DNA of 64,000 nt from Ranitomeya imitator (Eukaryota), in assembly GCF_032444005.1 (NCBI RefSeq), contig NC_091286.1, positions 405,604,001 through 405,668,000 of the forward strand. The letters are read 5' to 3'. How positions within the stretch are numbered: position 1 is the stretch's first letter; every line of letters starts with the position of its first letter. A model generated the notes under the pieces. The model did not search any database and was not told the origin of the DNA. It was given only the letters and a program-made list of their open reading frames with translations. The position numbers and the translations under genes were made by a program. This document shows, piece by piece, positions 12,601-22,878 of the stretch.

Positions 12601-15600
12601 TATGCCATTCGAGCTTTCCAATGCTCCATCAGTATTTCAGTCCTTTATGCATGACATCTTCCGAGAGTACCTGGATAAATTCCTGATTGTATATTTGGAT
12701 GATATTTTGGTCTTTTCGGATGATTGGGAGTCTCACGTGAAGCTGGTCAGAATGGTGTTCCAGGTCCTTCGTGCGAATTCTTTGTTTGTGAAGGGGTCAA
12801 AGTGTCTCTTTGGAGTTCAGAAGGTTTCATTTTTGGGGTTCATTTTTTCCCCTTCTACTATCGAGATGGACCCTGTTAAAGTCCAGGCCATTTATGATTG
12901 GACTCAGCCGACATCTGTGAAGAGCCTGCAAAAGTTCCTGGGCTTTGCTAATTTTTATCGTCGCTTCATCAGTAGTTTTTCTAGTGTTGCTAAACCGTTG
13001 ACTGATTTGACCAAGAAAGGTGCTGATGTGGTCAATTGGTCCTCTGCGGCTGTAGAGGCTTTTCAGGAGCTGAAGCGTCGTTTTTCTTCTGCCCCTGTGT
13101 TGTGCCAGCCAGATGTTTCGCTCCCATTTCAGGTCGAGGTTGATGCTTCTGAGATTGGAGCAGGGGCTGTTTTGTCGCAAAGAAGTTTTGATGGCTCAGT
13201 GATGAAACCATGTGCCTTCTTTTCTAGAAAGTTTTTGCCTGCTGAGCGCAATTATGATGTTGGCAATCGAGAGTTGTTGGCCATGAAGTGGGCATTCGAG
13301 GAGTGGCGTCATTGGCTTGAAGGAGCCAAGCATCGCGTGGTGGTCTTGACGGATCACAAGAATTTGACTTATCTCGAGTCTGCCAAACGGTTGAATCCTA
13401 GACAGGCTCGATGGTCACTATTTTTCTCCCGTTTTGATTTTGTGGTTTCGTACCTTCTGGGCTCTAAGAATGTGAAGGCTGATGCCCTGTCAAGGAGTTT
13501 TGTGCCCGACTCTCCGGGTGTTCCTGAGCTGGCGGGTATTCTCAAAGAGGGGGTAATTTTGTCTGCCATCTCCCCTGATTTGCGGCGGGTGCTGCAAAAA
13601 TTTCAGGCTGATAGACCTGACCGTTGCCCAGCGGAGAAACTGTTTGTCCCTGATAAATGGACTAGTAGAGTTATCTCTGAGGTTCATTGTTCGGTGTTGG
13701 CTGGTCATCCTGGAATCTTTGGTACCAGAGATTTGGTGGCTAGATCCTTTTGGTGGCCGTCTTTGTCACGGGATGTGCGTTCTTTTGTGCAGTCCTGTGG
13801 GACTTGTGCTCGGGCTAAGCCCTGCTGTTCTCGTGCCAGTGGGTTGCTTTTGCCCTTGCCAGTCCCGAAGAGGCCCTGGACGCATATTTCTATGGATTTT
13901 ATTTCGGATCTCCCTGTCTCTCAAAGGATGTCGGTCATTTGGGTGGTTTGTGATCGCTTCTCTAAGATGGTCCATTTGGTACCCTTGTCTAAATTGCCTT
14001 CCTCCTCTGATTTGGTGCCATTGTTTTTCCAGCATGTGGTCCGTTTACATGGCATTCCGGAGAACATCGTTTCGGACAGAGGTTCCCAGTTTGTTTCGAG
14101 GTTTTAGCGATCCTTTTGTGCTAGGATGGGCATTGATTTGTCTTTTTCCTCGGCTTTCCATCCTCAGACAAATGGCCAAACCGAACGAACTAATCAGACT
14201 TTGGAAACATATCTGAGATTCTTTGTTTCTGCTGATCAGGATGATTGGGTGTCCTTTTTGCCTTTGGCTGAGTTCGCCCTTAATAATCGGGCCAGCTCGG
14301 CCACTTTGGTTTCGCCGTTTTTCTGCAATTCTGGTTTCCATCCTCGTTTCTCTTCAGGGCAGGTTGAGTCTTCGGACTGTCCTGGTGTAGATACTGTGGT
14401 GGATAGGTTGCAGCGGATTTGGACTCATGTGGTGGACAATTTGACATTGTCCCAGGAGAAGGCTCAACGTTTCGCTAACCGCCAGCGCTGTGTGGGTCCC
14501 CGACTTCGTGTTGGGGATTTGGTTTGGTTGTCGTCTCGTTATGTTCCTATGAAGGTTTCCTCTCCTAAGTTTAAGCCTCGTTTCATTGGTCCGTATAAGA
14601 TTTCTGAGGTTCTCAATCCTGTGTCATTTAGTTTGACCCTTCCAGCTTCTTTTGCCATCCATAATGTGTTCCATAGGTCGTTGTTGCGGAGATACGTGGC
14701 GCCTGTGGTTCCATCCGTTGATCCTCCTGCCCCGGTGTTGGTTGAGGGGGAGTTGGAGTATGTGGTGGAGAAGATTTTGGATTCTCGTATTTCGAGACGG
14801 AAACTCTAGTACCTGGTCAAGTGGAAGGGTTATGGTCAGGAAGATAATTCCTGGGTCTTTGCCTCTGATGTTCATGCTGCCGATCTGGTTCGTGCCTTTC
14901 ATTTGGCTCGTCCTGGTCGACCTGGGGGCTCTGGTGAGGGTTCGGTGACCCCTCCTCAAGGGGGGGGGGGTACTGTTGTGAATTCTGTTGACAAGCTCCC
15001 TCCTGTGGTCATGAATGGTACTTTGGCTGGTTCTGTCCATGGGCTTCCTCTGGTGGTTGTGAGTGGGGCTGCGGCTTCTGAGTTTCCTTCCACAGGTGAC
15101 GAGGTTAATTTGTTAGCTGGCTGCTCTATTTAACTCCACTTAGATCTTTGCTCCATGCCACCTGTCAATGTTCCAGTATTGGTCTGTTCGCTCCTGGATC
15201 GTTCTTGTGACCTGTCTTCTCCAGCAGAAGCTAAGTTCCTGTTTGTTTTTCTCTTGTTTGCTATTTTTCTGTCCAGCTTGCTATTTTGATTTTTGTCTTG
15301 CTTGCTGGAAGCTCTGGGACGCAGAGGGAGCGCCCCCGCACCGTGAGTCGGTGCGGAGGGTCTTTTGCGCCCTCTGCGTGGTTTTTTTGTAGTTTTTGTG
15401 CTGACCGCAAAGTCACCTTTCCTATCCTCTGTCTGTTCAGTAAGTCGGGCCTCTCTTTGCTAAATCTATTTCATCTCTGTGTTTGTGATTTTCATCTTAA
15501 CTCACAGTCATATGTGGGGGGCTGCCTTTTCCTTTGGGGAATTTCTCTGAGGCAAGGTAGGCTTATTTTTCTATCTTTAGGGCTAGCTAGTTCCTTAGGC

Positions 15601-15789
15601 TGTGACGAGTTGCATAGGGAGCATTAGGAGCAATCCACGGCTATTTCTAGTGTGTGTGATAGGATTAGGGATTGCGGTCAGCAGAGTTCCCACGTCCCAG
15701 AGCTTGACCTGTATTATTGTAACGATCAGGTCTTTCTGTGTGCACTTAACCACCAGGTCCATTATTGTCCTAACCACCAGGTCATAACA
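9649..15789 (+). mobile_element. Gypsy 1: full-length chromovirus (sushi/Tf1-like) LTR retrotransposon
   Basis: 816-bp TG...CA LTRs at 9649-10464 and 14974-15789 (about 6 substitutions counted). PPT at 14958-14970. 6-bp TSD CTCATA at 9643-9648 and 15790-15795. Confidence 0.97.
10601..14973 (+). pseudogene. Gypsy 1 single-frame gag-pol (gag, CCHC, protease, RT, RNase H, integrase, chromodomain), disabled
   Basis: Motifs [32 protein letters not shown]...C, DRGSQF and chromodomain EYVVEKILDSR...YLVKWKGY. Disrupted by a 308-bp gag duplication and stops at 14105-14107 and 14807-14809. Confidence 0.95.
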
Positions 15790-16062
15790 CTCATACCCCT
15801 CCATATCTTCCTGGTCCAGCCCTAAACTCTCACATTCTTCACGAGTCTTATGTTTGAAAAACTTTTTCCATTTTAACTTTCTAGTGAACAAATTGAGGTC
15901 TTTTAACCACTCGAAACAGTCAAAATTATTTCTTGGGACAAAGTTGAGGCCTCTCTGCAGGACATCATACTCATGTCTGGAGAGTACATGCGAGGACAGG
16001 TTAATAATATGGCCCCTATTCAATTGAGCCGGGTTCTTAGTTGATACCCTGTTCTCGCACCC
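15790..16062 (-). CDS. PLE1 ORF N-terminal segment (5'-truncated, no ATG)
   Basis: IINLSSHVLSRHEYDVLQRGLNFVP is a typical PLE N-terminal motif. It joins the RT in frame (EGYE|ALCGLL) when the Gypsy and one TSD copy are removed. Confidence 0.9.
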
Positions 16063-16063
16063 T

Positions 16064-17234
16064 GCTTTTGCTGCCTTATTAATCCGGCAGGCGGTGCCTC
16101 CGCTGTATTTATCCAGATGGTCAGCGGCATTACCCTGTGCGGTGTGATATTGACATGCGCAGTAATGTTTTTAAACCTCCCGCTTCAGACTCATATATCT
16201 CTCTGTGCGGCTTTTGCTGCCTTATTAATCCGACAGGCGGTGCCTCCGCTGTATCTATCCAGTTGGTCAACGGCATTGTGCGACGTGATATTGACATGCG
16301 CAGTAGTGTTTTTAAACCTCCCGCTTCGGACACACATAGGGATACCTGCGCAGGAGGCTGCTATTTGATGTCCCCTGTGCGCAGATCGGAGTGGACATGC
16401 GCAGTGCAACTTGGGGCACGCCACAGGAAGTGGTCAGACGGCACCTCGAGCGAGCATGGCTGGCGGCAGATATATAAGTAGATAAGGTGAGACTGGGCGC
16501 TTAAGCTATCCATTATCATAAGTGACACTACGTATCATGATATCTGGCCTCCTGAAGAGCCGTGGCAGGCGAAACGCGTTGAGGCGTTCATTATAGATGG
16601 CGGTAGTGTGGACATGCCGACAGATGAGTACTCATGGTCTCCATATATATTGATATATTGGGAATGACACAGGAATTGGTGGTGTATCAGGGGTACTTAA
16701 TAAGGGTGCTTCAGTCGGTGTGAATCAGGAAGATCTGTCTGGTAGCAATATATCCAATCTTATGTGAGCTACCCTTTATTGCCCACCCAGTCCGTAGTAC
16801 TATCCGTTGTGTTGATATATTTACTTCACCTACCGCCATAGGTGTCTATTGCCTTCCTTGTTCGTTTTGGGGTATAGGCATTCCCTAGCACAGTAGATCT
16901 TTGTATAGTGCTAGAGGACCCTTTAGATGCTGGGTAGAGGTTGTCACTAGGTGTTGTAGGGCACACTAGGGCCCCTAGAGTTAGTCATCGTGGAGCGGGG
17001 GCGCCAGTACGTTTCCCCCTAGGGTGTCTACCTCCGCAGCCAGGAAGGGGAGCATCTAGATGACCTGGCTAGGGTGATATAGCCTTCCCCATTAGTTCAA
17101 TGGTGTTTTTATAGCAAGTTTTGTATTTTTGGTTTGTTTTGCTTATTGGTCACTATGGGTTGGGTTCGTCGCCTTGATTTTAAGCAATAAAGTGGTTTTA
17201 TATATTTTCTGAGGTCTACTTTATGATTTAAGCT
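16064..17234 (+). repeat. PLE1 5'-inverted pLTR arm
   Basis: Reverse complement of 5765-6936. Confidence 0.9.
16547..16585 (+). ncRNA. Minimal type I hammerhead ribozyme (intact helix I GCCTC/GAGGC)
   Basis: GCCTC CTGAAGA GCC GTGGCA GGC GAAA CGCG TT GAGGC: core CUGANGA and GAAA, palindromic helix III, GUU site. Confidence 0.85.
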
Positions 17235-17254
17235 AAATGTGCACCGAGCCTTAA

Positions 17255-17973
17255 GGTACCGTCACACATAACGATATCGTTAACGATATCATTGCTTTTT
17301 GTGACGTAGCAACAATATCGTTAACGAAATCGTTATGTGTGACAGCGACCAACGATCAGGCCCCTGCTGGGAGATCGTTGGTCGCTGGGGAAAGTCCAGG
17401 ACTTTATTTCGTCGCTGGATCTCCTGCTGACATCGCTGAATCGGCGTGTGTGACGCCGATTCAGCGATGTCTTCACTGGTAACCAGGGTAAACATCGGGT
17501 TACTAAGCGCAGGGCCGCGCTTAGTAACCCGATGTTTACCCTGGTTACCATTGTAAAAGTAAAAAAAAAACACTACATACTTACATTCCTGTCACGTTCC
17601 TCAGCGTCAGCTTCCCTGCGTTCCCCAGTGTCAGCACCGGCCGTAAAGCAAAGCACAGCGGTGACGTCACCGCTGTGCTTTCCGGCCTACGCTTACACAG
17701 TGCAGGGAAGCTGAGGCCGGAGGACGCGACAGGAATGTAAGTATGAAGTGTTTTTGTTTTACTTTTACAATGGTAACCAGGGTAAACATTGGGTTACTAA
17801 GTGCGTCCCTGCGCTTAGTAACCCGATGTTTACCCTGGTTACCTGGGGACTTCGGGATCGTTGGTCGCTGGAGAGCTGTCTGTGTGACAGCACTCCAGCG
17901 ACCAAACAGCGACGCTGCAGCGATCGGCATCGTTGTCTAGATCGCTGCAGCGTCGCTTAATGTGACAGTACCT
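17255..17973. mobile_element. Harbinger-like MITE (GGTACCGTCACAC family); other copies at 24217-24952 and 38232-38665
   Basis: TIRs GGTACCGTCACAC / TGTGACAGTACC, and internal GGTAACCAGGGTAAACATCGGGTTACTAAGCGC hairpins at ~17477 and ~17772. Confidence 0.8.
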
Positions 17974-18908
17974 TTACTGCGATCTTTGGGATGCAGAATG
18001 AAAAAAATCAACAGCATGTGAAGAATTGTTTTTATTTTTTATACCGTTCCTCATGCGGTATAAATGATTAGGCGACTTTATTATTCAGGTCAGTGAGATT
18101 ACATCGATAACAGATTTGTATAGGGTTTTTATGTTTGGCTGCTGTCACACACTAAAAGACATTTTTTATTGCAAAAAATAGTTTTTGCATCACATTTTAA
18201 AAGCTATATTTTTTCCATATTTTGGCCCATAGAACCATGTGAGGTCTTGTTATTTGTTGGATGAGTTGATGTTTTTATTGGTACCATTTTCGGGCACATG
18301 ACATTTTATCGCTTTCTATTTTGATTTTTGGGAGGCAGAATTAACAAAAACCAGCAACTCAGTATAAGGCAGTTTTATTCTTCGGGCCAGTATGATTACA
18401 GCGATACCTCATTTATATAGTTTTTTTTTTCATGTTTTGGTGCTTTTATACAATACAAAATAGAAATAAAAAAATAGAAAAAATAATTATGTTCGCATTG
18501 CTTCATTCTGAGAGCTATAACTTTTTTATTTCTCTGCTGATGGAGAAGTATGGTGGCTTGTTTTTTGCTGAACAAGATGATGTTTTCAGTGGTACCATCT
18601 TTTTAATCGCATTTTATTCCACTTTTTGTTCGGCAGTATGATGATAAAGCATTGGTTTTTGCCTTGTTTTTAATTTTTTTATGGTATTCACTAAAGGGGT
18701 TAACTAGTGGGACAGTTTTATAGGTCTTGTACAAAAAGAAAAAAAAAGAGCATGAACCGCACATCCCAAAATCATACGTTGATCTAAAGCCGCTAGGCAA
18801 AAATTTATATACTGAACATGCGATACATATATGCTAGCCACCTTAGGGAGAGACCCAAGTTGGGCTAAATGTAGCGGGACGAAAGAGACCGAAAAGCCCT
18901 CTACTTAA

Positions 18909-19236
18909 AGGGACACTGTCACCTGGATTTGGAGGGAACAATCTTCCGCCATGGAGGCGGGGTTTTGGGGTTTTTGATTCACCCTTTCCTTACCCGCTGG
19001 CTGCATGCTGGCTGCAATATTGGATTGAAGTTCATTCTCTGTCCTCCATAGTACACGCCTGCGCAAGGCAAGATTGCCTTGTGCAGGCATGTACTACGGA
19101 GGACAGAGAATGAACTTCAATCCAATATTGCAGCCAGCATGCAGCCAGCGGGTAAGGAAAGGGTGAATCAAAAACCCCAAAACCCCGCCTCCATGGCTGA
19201 AGATTGTTCCCTCCAAATCCAGGTGACAGTGTCCCT
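18909..19236. mobile_element. Kolobok/T2-type palindromic MITE
   Basis: TTAA at 18905-18908 and 19237-19240, and near-perfect TIRs AGGGACACTGTCACCTGGATTTGGAGGG. The empty site is seen at 19621. Confidence 0.9.
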
Positions 19237-19449
19237 TTAAAGGAAATACATAGTGGATGCTTTCCTGAAACGGAAAGTACTTGCAAGCAGCATAATACAA
19301 AGAATAGCAGGTTTACCCAGAATCCTTTGCAGTAGGCGGAGCTATGCAAATCATCTCTTTCCACCCCAGTCTAATCCACAGCGCTTGGAACCGCCAAGCG
19401 TGCAATGCTGCGGATTAGTTTCTAAATTTACACAGCCAACTAATTCCTA

Positions 19450-19493
19450 CCTGTGGACACGTGTTTCGGGCTTTAGGCCCTCATCAGCACAGG
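19450..19493 (-). ncRNA. Type I hammerhead ribozyme
   Basis: - strand reads CCTGTG CTGATGA GGGC CTAAA GCCC GAAA CACGTG TC CACAGG. All helices pair, the site is GUC, and helix I is extended by ACAGCCAACTAATTCC / GGAATTGGTTGGCTGT. Confidence 0.92.
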
Positions 19494-20499
19494 GCTGGAA
19501 TTGGTTGGCTGTATGGAGTGGGGCTCGGTGAGCAAGCGATACATATATGCTAGCCACCTTAGGGAGAGACCCAAGTTGGGCTAAATGTAGCGGGACGAAA
19601 GAGACCGAAAAGCCCTCTACTTAAAGGAAATACATAGTGCCCGAAACACGTGTCCACAGGTAGGAATTGGTTGGCTGTGTAAATTTAGAAACTAATCCGC
19701 AGCATTGCACGCTTGGCGGTTCCAAGTGCTGTGGATTAGACTGGGGTGGAAAGAGATGATTTGCATAGCTCCGCCTACTGCAAAGGATTCTGGGTAAACC
19801 TGCTATTCTTTGTATTATGCTGCTTGCAAGTACTTTCCGTTTCAGGAAAGCATCCACTATATACTGAACATGAGGTTTTCAGTTTAACATTCTGATCGGA
19901 CTGTATGAAGCCCACTGCCACTTCACGGCAAACCTCATAGTGGGTCCTACCGCCCTAACGGAGCGGAGCCGTGCGGCGACCACCGCACAGCGGCCATGCA
20001 CCAGCAGGGCGGACGGCCTGTTGCCCCACAACACCGATACTGCGAGACTGAGCCCCCATGACTCCAGACCACGTCGCCCCACCAGCACAAAGCCACAGCA
20101 ACATTGACCGCCACACAGCACCAAAATGAAAGGAGCATTGAAACTCACCTTCCTCCAGCTCTTCAGTGAGAGCAAAAATAGGCTAGACCCCTTATTTTGC
20201 AGTCTCCTGCTAATTAAAATCACCTGTGCCAAATGGGAGGAGTGCTGGTCTAAGAAAGAGACAAGAACATGTTTTGTACAAAAAGAAAAAAAAGAGTGAG
20301 GTTTTCAGTTTAACATTCTGATCAGACTGTATGAAGCCCACTGCCACTTCACGGCAAAACTCGTAGTGGGTCCTACCGCCCTAACGGAGCGGAGCCGTGC
20401 GGCGACCACCGCCACAGCGGCCATGCACCAGCAGGGCGGACGGCCTGTTGCCCCACAGCACCCATGCTGCGAGACTGAGCCCCCATGACTCCAGACCGC

Positions 20500-20807
20500 A
20501 TCAAAAAAGAAGAAAAAGAAATAGACCAAAAATCGGGGATGACCTTGATGGCTCCATTTTGGGCCTAAGTGTACCATGTATAGGTCACATGGATGACCAA
20601 TGTTTTAAATGTTTTTAATGTGTGCTCTATGTGGTTTTCTGTGTCCGTCTATGCACTTTTGAATAAAATTTGCTCTTTTTACTTGATCCGTGCCTCCGGT
20701 GATCCCCGATTTTTGGTCTATTTCTTTTTCTTCTTTTTTGATATGGTTCATATCATATAGACCTGGTTGGATCCCTTGGTATCTGCGGTGCCCCCTCTCT
20801 TTCTTAT
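20500..20807 (+). mobile_element. 308-bp PLE-type 3'-tail insertion with 5' inversion
   Basis: 16-bp TSD CATGACTCCAGACCGC at 20484-20499 and 20808-20823. 41-bp inverted repeat 20500-20540 / 20702-20742. Confidence 0.7.
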
Positions 20808-22878
20808 CATGACTCCAGACCGCGCCGCCCCACCAGCACAATGCCACAGCAACAATGACCGCCACACAGCACAGGTGATTTTAATTAGCAAGAGACTGCA
20901 AAGTAAGGGGTCTAGCCCATTTTGGCTCTCACTGAAGAGCTGGAGGAAGGTGAGTTTCAATGCTCCTTTCATTTTGGTGCTGGTGCTGTGTGGCGGCCAT
21001 TGCTGCTGTGGCTTTGTGCTGGTGGGGCGGCGCGGTCTGGAGTCATGGGGGCTCAGTCTCGCAGCATGGGTGCTGTGGGGCAACAGGCCGTCCGCCCTGC
21101 TGGTGCATGGCCGTTGTGGCGGTGGTCACCGCACGGCTCCGCTCCGTTAGGGCGGTAGGACCCACTACGAGTTTTGCCGTGAAGTGGCAGTGGGCTTCAT
21201 ACAGTCTGATCAGAATGTTAAACTGAAAACCTCATGTTCAGTATATAAATTTTTGCCTAGCGGCTTTAGATCAACGTATGATTTTGGGATGTGCGGTTCA
21301 TGCTCTTTTTTTTCTTTTTGTACAAAGTTTTATAGGTCTTGTCGTGGCGGACACGGCGATTCCAAATATGTGTACTTTTATTGTTATTTTTTTCATTCAA
21401 ATATTTATTTAGATATACAATATCTTTTGATATTATTTATTATTATTTTTACAATTATTTTACTTTTTTTAAACTATTTCCCACTATGGGACAATCATTT
21501 TTTGCAGGCTGATCGCTTCTACAGAATAGGATTGCAGCAGTATCCCCATGCTGTAGAAATTTTCAGCTCTGCACTGACAAACTTGCTCATAATGAACTGC
21601 GCATGATCAGCAAGTTTCCTAGGTCTTGTAACCCGGATGTTGTCATGACGACATTTGATCACCATGGCAACAAGTGAAAGGCAAAGGGTCCGTCAGCCCT
21701 CTGCCGGCTTTTCAAATGCTGCGATCGTCCTCAATCGCATTTCAGGGGTTAATAAATGTGCCCGGAGTGATCTGTGACCGCTCCTGGAATTTAGTGCCGG
21801 GTGTCAGCTGTCAGACTCAGCTCACACCCTGCGACGATTGCCCCCCCATGTGCACGGGCGATCGCAAAGATGTGGTGAGTAAGACAAAATGTATAATTTT
21901 TCAGAAATCTGTGAATCCAAAATGCCAGTGATATTTTCCCTGAAATGTGTTTATATGTAGATATATCTTTGTTTACATTTATGTAGATATATCTTTGTTT
22001 ACATTTTTGGGCCTTTTAAAAAATATAATTGATACAGGAAAGATATATACCTTTGTACCGTGTTAGCCAGTAGATAGAAAAATATTTAGACGTGAGAGTC
22101 CTCAGTGGTTTATACCTATTAATGGCTAACTGAAAAGATGGTAACAAATTGCAAGTTTTCGAGACTACGCTGGACCCTTCATCAGGCATAGACTAAAGCA
22201 AATTCTGAAGAATCGCATACTTATATACAACACAGCACAGAGAGAAAGAAGGCAATAGATAAGACACATAACGAGAAGCAGAATGATCATGTGAGAGGGA
22301 TAGCCAAATATATTGGAACACTTCATAGATAAGGAAGTCTTAATGTTTTATGGTACTCTGAATGGGTCTGGTTCTATGTTGTGATGACCCCAGAAGGTCT
22401 GAAAATTCCTTAACTGATGTATGATACAGGAAAGAAATATATCTTGGTACCGTGTTAATGTAAAAAGACATAAATCCATGCGACACATTCATTCCTGCAC
22501 TGTGTCAAAGGTCCTCATGAGTTTATACTCACAGAATATTCTGTCTTTCTGAGATTTGAAATTACCTTTTAAAACAAGTAATTTCATGTCTATGATGCTA
22601 TGACAGGGATACAAGAATGTTTTGCTACCGGTAGGTCCATTCTTTTTTCTCTTATTGTGTGGCGATGAGAATTCATTCTTGTTCTAAGTTTTTGCCCTGT
22701 CTCCCACACATACAGACCCCCAGTTGGACATTTAGTACAAATAATTAAATACACCACATTAGATGTGATGCAGCTGAAAGTACCTGGGATCTTGTAGTCC
22801 TGATGTGATTTGGGGATCTTTATCTTGCCTGTGGTCATTATAAATGGACAAGTTTTACATTTCTTCTGGTTGCAAGGA

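Larger units (their letters stand above)
5728..17234 (-). mobile_element. Penelope-like element 1 (Neptune clade), 5'-truncated, with 5'-inverted pLTR; interrupted by Gypsy 1
   Basis: RT + GIY-YIG ORF, a 1.17-kb inverted repeat (5765-6936 / 16064-17234), and a 13-bp direct repeat AAATGTGCACCGA at 5715-5727 and 17235-17247. Confidence 0.9.
5335..17250. mobile_element. Harbinger-like palindromic MITE (5335-5727 plus 17235-17250) split in its right TIR by the Neptune insertion
   Basis: The left end TATCCGGTGCTCT... mirrors AGAGCGCAGGATAAATGTGCACCGA, and the terminus resumes as AAATGTGCACCGAGCC at 17235. Confidence 0.6.
18821..19860 (-). mobile_element. Retrozyme-like element: 384-bp hammerhead monomer (about 1.27 copies) plus a 5'-inverted segment 19640-19860
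   Basis: Direct repeat starting at 18821 and 19537 (716 bp apart, minus a 332-bp MITE). 15-bp TSD TATATACTGAACATG at 18806-18820 and 19858-19872. Confidence 0.75.
18731..21325 (-). mobile_element. Non-coding PLE-type composite insertion with terminal inversion
   Basis: 17-bp TSD AGTTTTATAGGTCTTGT at 18714-18730 and 21326-21342. The right arm 20869-21324 is an inverted copy of 18728-18820 plus 19861-20228. Confidence 0.75.
3500..21870. mobile_element. Long non-autonomous piggyBac-like frog repeat, preserved as pieces (~3500-5330, ~17976-18713, ~21343-21870) that host the nested insertions
   Basis: AT-rich, with ~400-bp internal repeats (TTTGGAAACTAGACCCCTCAGGGAA at ~4390 and ~4770) and GGGGTTAA motifs. 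Host sequence rejoins across the 18714/21342 duplication. The superfamily call is from recognition only. Confidence 0.45.

Noticed and set aside
8125-14948. Many antisense or alternate-frame ORFs over the PLE and Gypsy genes
   Set aside because: Shadows of the real TE ORFs. They recur in Gypsy 2 only because the elements are closely related.
19869-21240. Hammerhead or protein-coding ORFs in the GC-rich unit
   Set aside because: CTGAAGAG and CTGATC are not followed by helix II and GAAA. ORFs differ between copies and show no known motifs.
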